From: an uncultured Pelagibacteraceae bacterium
GTDB lineage: Bacteria; Pseudomonadota; Alphaproteobacteria; Pelagibacterales; Pelagibacteraceae
Reading direction: 5' to 3'
Length of the DNA: 64,000 nt
NCBI GenBank assembly: GCA_902518155.1
Contig: CABYFA010000001.1
Location: 7,942 to 71,941 of the forward strand
Shown piece after piece: positions 9,159-18,363 of the stretch. Made by a program: the position numbers and the translations under genes. Below the pieces are notes generated by a model. That model had not been told where the DNA came from. It searched no databases and worked only from the letters and a program-made list of their open reading frames with translations. The first letter of the stretch is position 1, and each line of letters opens with the position of its first letter.

Positions 9159-9235
9159 GGCGGGGTAGCTCAGTTGGTTAGAGCGCGGGACTCATAAGCC
9201 CGAGGTCAGTGGTTCGATCCCACTTCCCGCTACCA
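9159..9235 (+). tRNA. tRNA-Met (CAT), elongator type, encoded CCA
   Basis: Cloverleaf: acceptor GGCGGGG/TCCCGCT, D stem GCTC/GAGC, anticodon loop CTCATAA (CAT at 9193-9195), T arm AGTGG-TTCGATC-CCACT, ACCA end; paired 1-72 (G-U) argues against initiator. Confidence 0.93.
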
Positions 9236-9247
9236 TATTAATTTTAT

Positions 9248-10090
9248 ATGAAAACTTTCGATTTAACTGTCATAATTACATCATTTCATAGTGGGGATAA
9301 AATTTTCAGTTGTATAGAGTCAATTGAAAAAAGTATTAAAATCATCGTTATTGAAAATTCAAATGATGAAAAATTAAAGGAGGAAATTCACTCTAAATAT
9401 CAAAATGTAGAATGTATTTTGTCAAAAGAAAATTTAGGGTATGGAGCAGGAAATAATCTAGGTTTATCAAAGGTTGAAACTAGTTATGCTTTAATAGTAA
9501 ACCCTGATGTGACTTTAAATAATGACGCAGTAAATAAATTTTTTTTAAGCATCAATAATTTAGGGGATTTTGGGATTATTGCCCCAATATCTCAAAACGA
9601 AAAATACAATAATTTTAATATTAATGAGGATAAAGAAATTAAAGAGGTAGATAATGTCAAAGGTTTTGCGATGTTTTTGAATATGAAAAATCTTAAACAA
9701 ATTAATTTTTTTGATGATAATTTTTTCCTTTATTTTGAAGAAATAGATTTATGTAGAAGATTAAAAAAAAATAATTCAAAAATATTTATAGATCCTACAA
9801 TCAAAGTAAGCCATTTAGGTGGCACATCACATAATTCAGAAATTGAGAAACCCATGGAGCTTTCTAGAAATTGGCACTGGATGTGGTCAACATTTTATTT
9901 TCATAAAAAACACTATGGATATCTTACTGCAATGATAAAAATTCTACCAAAATTAACTTCATCTTTGATTAAATTCATAATTTTTTTGATAACATTTCAA
10001 AAGTTTAAAAGTGAAATTTATAAGCACAGATTATCAGGTATTATTAATTCTGTTTTATTAAAAAAATCATGGTATAGACCTAAGCTTTAA
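9248..10090 (+). CDS. Glycosyltransferase family 2
   Basis: VIITSF, VIENS, ENLGYGAGNNLG, LIVNPD, FFLYFEEIDLCRR motifs. Confidence 0.9.
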   Translation: MKTFDLTVIITSFHSGDKIFSCIESIEKSIKIIVIENSNDEKLKEEIHSKYQNVECILSKENLGYGAGNNLGLSKVETSYALIVNPDVTLNNDAVNKFFLSINNLGDFGIIAPISQNEKYNNFNINEDKEIKEVDNVKGFAMFLNMKNLKQINFFDDNFFLYFEEIDLCRRLKKNNSKIFIDPTIKVSHLGGTSHNSEIEKPMELSRNWHWMWSTFYFHKKHYGYLTAMIKILPKLTSSLIKFIIFLITFQKFKSEIYKHRLSGIINSVLLKKSWYRPKL

Positions 10091-10112
10091 ATGTATAATA
10101 ATTTAAATTTTA

Positions 10113-11126
10113 ATGACGACTAAATATAATATTCTAATCACTGGTGTAGCAGGTTTTTTAGGTTCCCATTTGTCAGAAAAATTATTAGATCTTGGACATA
10201 AAGTTGTTGGTGTAGATAATATGATTGGTGGTTATAAAGATAATATACATAAAGATATAGAGTTTCATAATTTGGATTGCAGCGATTTTTCAAAGGTAAA
10301 AAAAATAATGAAAAATATTGACGTAGTTTATCATTGCGCAGCAACAGCTCATGAGGGTTTATCAGTATTTTCACCTTATGAAATTACAAAAAATAATTAC
10401 CTTGCCTCAGTATCAATTTTTTCTGCAGCAATTAATGAAAAAGTAAAAAGAATAATTTTTTGTTCTTCTATGGCAAGATATGGAGATCAACAAACACCCT
10501 TTACAGAAGATATGAGTCCTAAACCTGTTGACCCTTATGGCATTTCTAAAGTGGCAGCTGAAGATGTATTAAAGAATCTTTGTGATTTAAACAATATAGA
10601 GTGGGTAATTGCTGTTCCTCATAATATAATAGGACCTAGACAAATTTATACTGATCCATATAGAAATGTGGTCTCTATATTTTTAAATAGAATGTTACAA
10701 GGAAAACCTCCAATAGTTTATGGTGATGGCGAGCAAAAACGATGTTTTTCATATATTGATGATTGTTTAAGCTGCTTAATTCCAATGTTAGATCAGAAAA
10801 ACCTAAACAAACAGGTAATCAATATAGGACCCGATGAAGAATTTGTAACTGTTAACAAAGTGGTTGAAATTTGTTCTAACATAACTGGTTCAAATCTTGA
10901 GGCGGTTTATAAAGAAGATAGACCAAGAGAGGTCAAGCATGCCACCTGTTCTGCTGATAAAGCGAGAAAATTACTAAATTACGAGACAAAAGTAAGTTTG
11001 AGCGATGGTGTTAAAAAAACTTACGATTATATAAAAAAAAGAGGAACTAAAGATTTCAATTACCGTTTAACTATTGAGATTGATAATGATTTAACCCCAG
11101 ATACTTGGAAAAACAAAGAAATTTAA
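10113..11126 (+). CDS. NAD-dependent nucleotide-sugar epimerase/dehydratase (extended SDR)
   Basis: ILITGVAGFLGS, CSSMARYG, PYGISK (YxxxK), HNIIGPRQ. Confidence 0.9.
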   Translation: MTTKYNILITGVAGFLGSHLSEKLLDLGHKVVGVDNMIGGYKDNIHKDIEFHNLDCSDFSKVKKIMKNIDVVYHCAATAHEGLSVFSPYEITKNNYLASVSIFSAAINEKVKRIIFCSSMARYGDQQTPFTEDMSPKPVDPYGISKVAAEDVLKNLCDLNNIEWVIAVPHNIIGPRQIYTDPYRNVVSIFLNRMLQGKPPIVYGDGEQKRCFSYIDDCLSCLIPMLDQKNLNKQVINIGPDEEFVTVNKVVEICSNITGSNLEAVYKEDRPREVKHATCSADKARKLLNYETKVSLSDGVKKTYDYIKKRGTKDFNYRLTIEIDNDLTPDTWKNKEI

Positions 11127-11800
11127 TATTTATCTTTTAATTCTTCTACACTTATTACTCTAAGAAAATTTTTGTAATTAGCATAGTAATCTTTAAATTT
11201 TAGATTTCTTGCTGGTTTTTTTATTTCCAAGATTGAGGTATTTTTCTCTTTTTTAATTATTCCTATTCCTTGATCCATTTCACATGTAAAAATTTCTAAA
11301 TCTTGTCTTTGCCGCAAGTCAACAATTGCTTTCCAAACATCCCCATTCCATGTCATCCTATATCTCGGAACAGCTTGTTTACTTAGGCTATCGGGCATGC
11401 AATCATGCACCAAGACAATACCATTTTCTCTTAAACAATTTATTGAATTTAAAATATCTTTTTTTACTTGATCATAGGTATGTAGGCCATCGATAAAAAC
11501 TATGTCAAATTTATTGTTATTTTCTTTAAAAAATTCATCACTTGTTTTTCTTACATTCCCACCACTACTTGGGTCTACACCAACTTTATTTTGTATCTTA
11601 ATTTTTGAAAACAACTGATCTTGATCACAGCCTATTTCCAAGTAATCAGAATATCCATACTTATTAATCAAATATTCAATAAGATCCCAACGAAAATAAT
11701 TTGGTGGGAAATTGTAATGAAGTTTACCTTTAAAATTTTCGACGAAAAGGTTGTAATAGATTTTGTTAAATATTTTAGAAATTTTATTTAATCTCTCCAT
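11123..11800 (-). CDS. Class I SAM-dependent methyltransferase (Methyltransf_24-like)
   Basis: YLEIGC, FDIVFIDGLHTYDQV, IVLVHDC motifs. Confidence 0.8.
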   Translation of the reverse strand: MERLNKISKIFNKIYYNLFVENFKGKLHYNFPPNYFRWDLIEYLINKYGYSDYLEIGCDQDQLFSKIKIQNKVGVDPSSGGNVRKTSDEFFKENNNKFDIVFIDGLHTYDQVKKDILNSINCLRENGIVLVHDCMPDSLSKQAVPRYRMTWNGDVWKAIVDLRQRQDLEIFTCEMDQGIGIIKKEKNTSILEIKKPARNLKFKDYYANYKNFLRVISVEELKDKY

Positions 11801-11802
11801 TT

Positions 11803-12330
11803 TTAATGACCTGGAAAATCAATTAAGTTTTCAACTTTATAACCTTTTTTTACTAATTTGTCCGTACCATTGAGATCAAATAAATTAATAACAAAAATAA
11901 AAGCAGCCACTTTTCCTTTTGAAATTTCAACCAACTTAGCTGCTGCCTCAGCAGTACCACCAGTTGCAATTAAATCATCAATAATTAAAACCTCATCATT
12001 TTCATCAATAGAATCTTTATGCACCTCTATTGTTGCTGTTCCATATTCAAGCTCAAAATCTATTGAGTGAACATCAGCTGGTAACTTATTTTTCTTTCTA
12101 AGCATCACAAATGGTTTTTTTAATATATATGAGACTGCAGATGCAAAAACAAAGCCTCTTGATTCAATAGCTGCAATTTTATCAAATTTTACTTTTTTAC
12201 TTCTCTCAACTATCTGATTAATTGTTTCAGAAAATGCTTTTTCATTTTTTATTAATGTAGTTATATCCCTAAATAGTATCCCTTTTTTTGGATAATCAGG
12301 AATTGATCTAATAAAATCTTTTAAATTCAT
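11803..12330 (-). CDS. apt: Adenine phosphoribosyltransferase
   Basis: IPDYPKKGILFRDIT, ESRGF, LEYG, VLIIDDLIATGGT PRPP motif. Confidence 0.97.
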   Translation of the reverse strand: MNLKDFIRSIPDYPKKGILFRDITTLIKNEKAFSETINQIVERSKKVKFDKIAAIESRGFVFASAVSYILKKPFVMLRKKNKLPADVHSIDFELEYGTATIEVHKDSIDENDEVLIIDDLIATGGTAEAAAKLVEISKGKVAAFIFVINLFDLNGTDKLVKKGYKVENLIDFPGH

Positions 12331-12372
12331 ATGAGTAAATTATATATTAATAATTAATTAAAAAATTTTTAT

Positions 12373-13245
12373 ATGACAATAAATAAATTAGCAATCATTG
12401 GTGGAAGCGGTTTATATGATGTTGAAGAATTTGAAAATCGGGAGTTAATTGATTTACAAACTCCCTGGGGTAAACCCTCAGATCAAATTTTAAAGACAAA
12501 ATATAAAGATAAAGAAGTTTATTTCTTACCAAGACATGGAAGAGGGCATTTTATTTCACCTTCGAAAATAAATTTTCGAGCTAATATCGACGCTTTAAAG
12601 CAATTAGGTGTTTCCGACATAGTTTCTGTGTCAGCTGTCGGATCTTTAAAAGAAGATTTACCGCCAGGTAAATTTGTAATTGTTGATCAATTTATAGATA
12701 GAACTTTCGCAAGAAATAAAACTTTTTTTGATGACGAAATCGTTGCCCATGTTTCTATGGCTCATCCAACATCAAATGGTCTGATGAATGCGTGTGAAGA
12801 AGCTATTAAGAAAGAAAAAATAGAATATCAAAGAGGCGGAACTTATGTAGTAATGGAAGGGCCGCAATTTTCAACTTTAGCTGAATCCAATCTTTATAGA
12901 TCGTGGAAAGCTGATGTAATTGGCATGACTAATATGCCAGAAGCCAAATTAGCTAGAGAGGCAGAAATTAGGTATGCATCGGTTTCAATGGTAACCGATT
13001 ATGATTGTTGGCATCCAGATCATGAAAATGTAGATGTGCAACAAGTAATAAAAGTTCTTTTAGGAAATGCTACAAAAGCAAAAAAAATGATTAAAAATTT
13101 GATAGAAAATTTTGAAAATCATATTGATCCTAAAGATCCATCAAACAATTGCTTGGATGTTGCTATTATTACTGCGCCGGAAAAAAGAACAAAAAAAACT
13201 ATAGATAAACTTAAAACAGTTGCGGGTAGAGTTTTAAAAAAATGA
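12373..13245 (+). CDS. mtnP: S-methyl-5'-thioadenosine phosphorylase
   Basis: IIGGSGLY, LPRHGRGH, NFRANIDALK, MEGPQFST, GMTNMPEAKLAREA, VTDYDCW. Confidence 0.95.
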   Translation: MTINKLAIIGGSGLYDVEEFENRELIDLQTPWGKPSDQILKTKYKDKEVYFLPRHGRGHFISPSKINFRANIDALKQLGVSDIVSVSAVGSLKEDLPPGKFVIVDQFIDRTFARNKTFFDDEIVAHVSMAHPTSNGLMNACEEAIKKEKIEYQRGGTYVVMEGPQFSTLAESNLYRSWKADVIGMTNMPEAKLAREAEIRYASVSMVTDYDCWHPDHENVDVQQVIKVLLGNATKAKKMIKNLIENFENHIDPKDPSNNCLDVAIITAPEKRTKKTIDKLKTVAGRVLKK

Positions 13246-14312
13246 GAATAGAAGGAAAAGAGTATCGTACTATTTGGTTTGAAAATAATGTTGTAAAAAT
13301 CATTGATCAAACAAAACTACCACATCAATTTATTATAAAGGATCTTAAGACAGTTAAAGATGCAATTAATGCTATAAAAATAATGGAAGTAAGAGGGGCA
13401 CCTTTGATAGGTGCTACAGCAGCTTATGGATTAGTTTTGGCAATTATTGAAAATAATGATCAATCATTTTTGAAAAAATCTGCAGATGAATTAATAAGTT
13501 CAAGACCAACAGCAATAAATTTAAAATGGGCTGTTGATAGAATGATGAATAAATTATCGGGTTTAAATAGTGATAAAATTTTAGAGATAGCTCTTAATGA
13601 AGCAAAAGACATATGTGAAGAAGATATTAAATTTTGTGAAAATATAGGATTAAATGGTCTAAAAATTATTGAAGAAATCTATAATAAAAAAAGAGATACA
13701 GTAAATATCTTAACTCATTGTAATGCAGGATGGCTTGCAACAATAAATTGGGGCACTGCAACATCTCCAATATATCATGCGCATAAAAAAGGTATCCCAG
13801 TTCATGTGTGGGCAGATGAAACTAGACCAAGAAATCAAGGAGCAAATCTTACTTCTTATGAATTAAATGAAGAAGGAATTAAGAACACAATCATTGCAGA
13901 TAACACAGGTGGAATTTTGATGCAAAGAGGAGAGGTTGATATGTGTATTGTAGGAACAGACAGAACACTAGCCAATGGAGATGTTTGTAATAAAGTTGGA
14001 ACTTATCTAAAAGCATTAGCAGCTCACGATAACAAAATTCCTTTTTATGTTGCACTACCAAGCTCAACAATTGACTGGAATATAAAAGATCATAAAGATA
14101 TTCCAATTGAGAATAGAAATTCAAAGGAATTATCTCATGTGGAAGGTTTAGATGAAAAAGGAAATTTAAAGAAAATACAAATTTATCCAAAAAAAAGTAA
14201 AGCTATGAATTTGGCTTTTGATGTAACTCCAGCAAAATATGTTACAGGATTAATTACCGAAAAAGGCATATGTGAAGCATCAGAAAGAGGACTAAAAGAA
14301 TTATTTAAATGA
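13242..14312 (+). CDS. mtnA: S-methyl-5-thioribose-1-phosphate isomerase
   Basis: IDQTKLP, VRGAPLIG, SRPTAINL, LTHCNAGWLAT, ETRPRNQG, NKVGT, FDVTP. Confidence 0.95.
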   Translation: MRIEGKEYRTIWFENNVVKIIDQTKLPHQFIIKDLKTVKDAINAIKIMEVRGAPLIGATAAYGLVLAIIENNDQSFLKKSADELISSRPTAINLKWAVDRMMNKLSGLNSDKILEIALNEAKDICEEDIKFCENIGLNGLKIIEEIYNKKRDTVNILTHCNAGWLATINWGTATSPIYHAHKKGIPVHVWADETRPRNQGANLTSYELNEEGIKNTIIADNTGGILMQRGEVDMCIVGTDRTLANGDVCNKVGTYLKALAAHDNKIPFYVALPSSTIDWNIKDHKDIPIENRNSKELSHVEGLDEKGNLKKIQIYPKKSKAMNLAFDVTPAKYVTGLITEKGICEASERGLKELFK

Positions 14313-14965
14313 AGAATTTAGACCAAAGAAATCAAATTATTGAGCATTCTCTAAAATTGAATTCTACAAATCTTTCACCGCTACGATCAGGAAATATATC
14401 TTTAAGAGCAGAACAAGATAATATTCAAGGTTATTTAATTACTCCATCAGGAAAAAAATATGAAACATTAAAGCCAGAAGATATTGTTTTTATGGGTTTA
14501 AATGAAGAAGCAGAAAATAACGATACAGTAAACAAACCCTCCTCCGAATGGAGATTTCATAGAGATATTTATGTAAATAAAAAAGATGCCCAAGCAATTG
14601 TTCATGCACATTCTCCACACGCAACAGCTGTATCTTCACACGGAAAATCCATACCTCCGTTTCATTACATGATTGCTCTTGCAGGAGGAGAAGACATTAA
14701 ATGTGCTGAATACGCTACTTTTGGGACAAAAGAACTTTCACAAAATGTAATTAAAGCTTTAGAAAATAGAAGCGCCTGTTTGATGTCTAATCACGGACAG
14801 GTTGCTTTTGGAAAAAATTTAGATCAAGCATTTGAACTAGCACAAGAGATAGAAAATATTTGTCATCAATACACTATTGCACTAAAGTTAGGAAAGCCAA
14901 AGATTCTTTCATTAGAAGAAATGAAAAAAGTTTTGGAAAAAACTAAAGATTATAAAAAAGGATAA
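14309..14965 (+). CDS. Class II (Zn) aldolase, FucA/Ald2-like
   Basis: SGNIS, ITPSG, PSSEWRFH, VHAHSPH, LMSNHG metal/catalytic motifs; operonic with mtnP-mtnA. Confidence 0.85.
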   Translation: MKNLDQRNQIIEHSLKLNSTNLSPLRSGNISLRAEQDNIQGYLITPSGKKYETLKPEDIVFMGLNEEAENNDTVNKPSSEWRFHRDIYVNKKDAQAIVHAHSPHATAVSSHGKSIPPFHYMIALAGGEDIKCAEYATFGTKELSQNVIKALENRSACLMSNHGQVAFGKNLDQAFELAQEIENICHQYTIALKLGKPKILSLEEMKKVLEKTKDYKKG

Positions 14966-14966
14966 T

Positions 14967-16007
14967 ATGATAAAAGTAGGGGAGCACATTACTTTAGATA
15001 TTATTGGTACCGATAAAGAATATGATCCATCGGTTTATGAAAGAGTTATTAAAGAGATTGCTAAAGTAGCTAAAGTTACAATCTTAAAAATATCAAAATA
15101 TAAGTTTGAACCGCAGGGCTTTACAATTCTTGCATTATTAGCTGAAAGTCACATCAGTTTTCATACATTTCCTGAAAAAGGAATTATAAGTTTTGATTTC
15201 TTTACTTGTGGAAAAATCAGTCCATCTGTAGCGGTTGATATTGTTAAAAAAGAATTTAAGCACAAAAGAATTATAAAAAAAGAATTCAACAGAGATACAA
15301 GATCTCTTTATCACGATATTTACAGCTCACCAGGTTTACAAAAATCATATGTAGTAAATGAAGTTTTAGAAGATTTTAAATCAAAAGTGGGTCAACATAT
15401 CGAAATTTTAGAGTTAGAGCAATTCGGAAAATCGTTGTTTATTGATGGTGAAATTCAAGTAGCTGAGTCTGATGAACATTTGTATAGCTCAACATTTGTG
15501 GGTGCTGGGTTAAAATTAAATAAAAACAATGAAAGAGCTGCAATCATTGGTGGCGGTGATGGAGGCGTTGCCAGAGAATGCATATCTAAAAAATTTAATT
15601 TTATCGATTGGTATGAGCTTGATCCTGAGGTAGTTGAAGTTTGTAATAAACATTTAGGGGACATTGGAAAAAAAGCTACAGAGAAAAATTCAGTTAAATG
15701 TGTTTGGGGAGATGCGTTTCAAAGTATTAAATCAGTAAAAGACGATACTTACGATCATATCTTTGTAGATTTAAATGATGATCAGTTTTGTATAGATTTG
15801 GCTGCAAAAAATATGGACTCTTTAGTAAGAATATTAAAACCAAAGGGTGTGATCACAGCACAAGTTGGCAGCCAAGATAAAAAACCTCTTCAAGTTGAAA
15901 ATTGGATGAACGTTTTTCATCATCATTTTGGAAATACCAAATTATCTAGGGTTTATGTACCTAGTTTTGATTGTTCATGGAATTTCTCGTCTTCAATAAA
16001 TCATTAG
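14967..16007 (+). CDS. Fused S-adenosylmethionine decarboxylase (SpeD) and aminopropyltransferase (SpeE-like)
   Basis: N-terminal GEHITLD...LAESHISFHTFPE...DFFTCG (pyruvoyl ES cleavage site); C-terminal IDGEIQ, IIGGGDGG, YELDPEV, GDA, FVDLND. Confidence 0.9.
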   Translation: MIKVGEHITLDIIGTDKEYDPSVYERVIKEIAKVAKVTILKISKYKFEPQGFTILALLAESHISFHTFPEKGIISFDFFTCGKISPSVAVDIVKKEFKHKRIIKKEFNRDTRSLYHDIYSSPGLQKSYVVNEVLEDFKSKVGQHIEILELEQFGKSLFIDGEIQVAESDEHLYSSTFVGAGLKLNKNNERAAIIGGGDGGVARECISKKFNFIDWYELDPEVVEVCNKHLGDIGKKATEKNSVKCVWGDAFQSIKSVKDDTYDHIFVDLNDDQFCIDLAAKNMDSLVRILKPKGVITAQVGSQDKKPLQVENWMNVFHHHFGNTKLSRVYVPSFDCSWNFSSSINH

Positions 16008-16064
16008 TTTTTTCTTTTTAAAGTCTCTGATTTGTGAAATAATATTTTTTTATTAAAGGAGAGA

Positions 16065-16895
16065 ATGATGAATATATTTAAAAAAACTATTTTTTCAGTT
16101 TTATTTTCATTGTTAATTATTGGAAACGTTAATGCTGATAAAATTAAAATTGGAACAGAAGGTGCTTATCCTCCATGGAATTCTAAAGATGCATCAGGTA
16201 AATTAATTGGATTTGAAGTCGAATTAGCTTACACACTCTGCAGATATATTGGACAGCAATGTGAGATTGTTGAACAAGATTGGGATGGAATGATACCAGC
16301 TTTAATTATGAGAAAATTTGATGCAATTATGGCAGGTATGTCTATTACTGCAGAAAGACAAAAGGCCATTAGCTTTTCTCAAGGTTATGCAGATGAAGTT
16401 GCATCTTTAGCAGTTATGAAAGGTTCCGACCTTGAAGGTATGAATACTCCGGAGGGAATCAATCTTACTCTAGGGGGTTCAGGTGTTAAAAAAACTTTAA
16501 AAACTTTAACGGGTGCACTTGCTGGTAAGACTGTTTGTACACAAACAGCAACTATTCACCAAAACTTTTTAGAATCTGGTGATGTAGGAAAAATAAATCT
16601 AAGAACTTACAAAACTCAAGATGAAGTCAACTTAGACTTAGCATCAGGAAGATGTGATGTTGCATTAGCAGCTGCAGTTGCTTTTACAGATTATGCTGAA
16701 AAATCTGGTAAACCAGTTGTTCTTGTAGGTCCAACTTTTTCAGGTGGAGCATTTGGTAATGGTGTTGGAGTTGGAATTAGAAAAGACGACACTGAATTAT
16801 TAAAAGCATTTAACAAAGCAATCGAGAAGGCTAGAAAAAATGGAGACATTAGTAGAATAGCTACTAAATGGTTTGGTTTTGATGCCTCTATGTAA
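16065..16895 (+). CDS. Polar amino acid (Arg/Lys/Orn/opine-type) ABC substrate-binding protein
   Basis: IGTEGAYPPWN, QDWDGMIPAL, FDAIMAGMSITAER, GVGIRK; signal peptide; SD AAAGGAG. Confidence 0.88.
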   Translation: MMNIFKKTIFSVLFSLLIIGNVNADKIKIGTEGAYPPWNSKDASGKLIGFEVELAYTLCRYIGQQCEIVEQDWDGMIPALIMRKFDAIMAGMSITAERQKAISFSQGYADEVASLAVMKGSDLEGMNTPEGINLTLGGSGVKKTLKTLTGALAGKTVCTQTATIHQNFLESGDVGKINLRTYKTQDEVNLDLASGRCDVALAAAVAFTDYAEKSGKPVVLVGPTFSGGAFGNGVGVGIRKDDTELLKAFNKAIEKARKNGDISRIATKWFGFDASM

Positions 16896-16902
16896 TTAAT
16901 TT

Positions 16903-16938
16903 TAGATTTGGCGACTATAATGTATAGTCGCCAATCTA
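16903..16938 (+). terminator. Intercistronic stem-loop between SBP and permease
   Basis: GGCGACTATA-atg-TATAGTCGCC perfect 10-bp stem extended by TAGATT/AATCTA. Confidence 0.75.
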
Positions 16939-16939
16939 T

Positions 16940-17632
16940 ATGGAACTTCTAGCATTTGGAGATACTGGTTGGGGTGACGAGTTATTTCGCGCCACTCTAA
17001 TGACTATAGCTGTTTCAATTACAGCAATGATTATAGGTTTTCTTTTTGCATTAATCTTTACTCCATTAAAATTATCTAAAAATAAGTTTTTAAATTTCAT
17101 AGCTAATTCCTACACAACTATAATAAGAGGTGTTCCAGAATTATTAGTAATTTATCTTTTCTTTTTTGGTGGAACTGGTGCAGTTATGTTTGTTGCATCA
17201 ATATTTGGTTATAATGAGTATATTGAAATAAATGCATTTATCACAGGCGCATTTGCAATTGGAATAATTTCTGGTGCTTATTCAACCGAAGTTTTTAGGG
17301 GAGCAATTCAATCAATTGATAAAGGCCAGTTTGAAGCTGCCAATGTATTAGGTTTAAATAAATTTGGAAAATTTTTTAAAATTATTTTACCTCAAACATT
17401 AAGATTAGCTATTCCAAATCTAAGTAATGTTTGGCAGATAACTCTAAAAGACACTTCTCTAATTTCAGTTACAGGTTTAGTTGAAATCATGAGACAATCT
17501 TATATTGCTGCTGGATCAACGAGAGATCCATTATTCTTTTATTCATTTGCTGCAGTTTTGTATTTACTACTCACTTTTGTGAGTATGAAATTAATTAACA
17601 GATTAGAAGTTAAATATAGTAGGGGGTACTAA
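16940..17632 (+). CDS. Polar amino acid ABC permease (HisQ/OccQ-like)
   Basis: RGVPELL, AYSTEVFRGAI, GQFEAA (EAA loop), LKDTSLISV. Confidence 0.9.
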   Translation: MELLAFGDTGWGDELFRATLMTIAVSITAMIIGFLFALIFTPLKLSKNKFLNFIANSYTTIIRGVPELLVIYLFFFGGTGAVMFVASIFGYNEYIEINAFITGAFAIGIISGAYSTEVFRGAIQSIDKGQFEAANVLGLNKFGKFFKIILPQTLRLAIPNLSNVWQITLKDTSLISVTGLVEIMRQSYIAAGSTRDPLFFYSFAAVLYLLLTFVSMKLINRLEVKYSRGY

Positions 17633-18306
17633 TGGATCTTGAATTAATGATTAATAGTCTCCCAAAGTTACTAAATGCTGCTGTAATAACTTTAAAACTT
17701 CTTTCAGTTTCTTTAATAATTGGATTATTCATTGGCTTATTTTTTGCAATTCTAAGATTAAATAAAAATATATTTATCAGTAGATTTGCTTATGGATATT
17801 CTTATGTTTTTAGAGGCACACCACTTTTAGTACAGATATTCATTATTTATTTTGGATTAGGTCAGATTGAATATTTAAGATCGACAGTTTTATGGGTAAT
17901 TTTAAAAGAACCATATTGGTGTGCAATAATTGCTTTTGCTCTAAACACGAGTGCATACACTTCAGAGATATTGCGATCAGCATTTCAAACCATTAAACCT
18001 GGAATAATAGAGGCAGGTAAGAGTTTGGGTATCTCAAATAAAGTAATCTTTTATAAAATTCAAATTCCTATCGCTATTAGACAATCTTTACCAGCTTATG
18101 GAAATGAAATTATCCTAATGATGAAAGGAACGTCTTTAGCAAGTACAGTCACGATAATGGACCTTACAGGTGTTGCAAAATATATAATTTCAACAACTTT
18201 TAAACCAATTGAGGTATTTATTGTTGCTGGCGGTATTTATCTATTTATGACCTTTATAATCCATAATGTGATTAAGTTTTTAGAAAAGAAATACAGCTTT
18301 AATTAA
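17632..18306 (+). CDS. Polar amino acid ABC permease (HisM/OccM-like)
   Basis: FRGTPLLVQ, AYTSEILRS, IEAG, MKGTSLAS. Confidence 0.9.
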   Translation: MDLELMINSLPKLLNAAVITLKLLSVSLIIGLFIGLFFAILRLNKNIFISRFAYGYSYVFRGTPLLVQIFIIYFGLGQIEYLRSTVLWVILKEPYWCAIIAFALNTSAYTSEILRSAFQTIKPGIIEAGKSLGISNKVIFYKIQIPIAIRQSLPAYGNEIILMMKGTSLASTVTIMDLTGVAKYIISTTFKPIEVFIVAGGIYLFMTFIIHNVIKFLEKKYSFN

Positions 18307-18363
18307 ATCACAATATCCAAATTGGATCCTAATTATGCCTTAGTTACATATTAAAAAAATGCA

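Noticed and set aside
9159-11800. Prophage or integrative element at tRNA-Met
   Set aside because: No integrase, phage structural genes or duplicated tRNA 3' end seen
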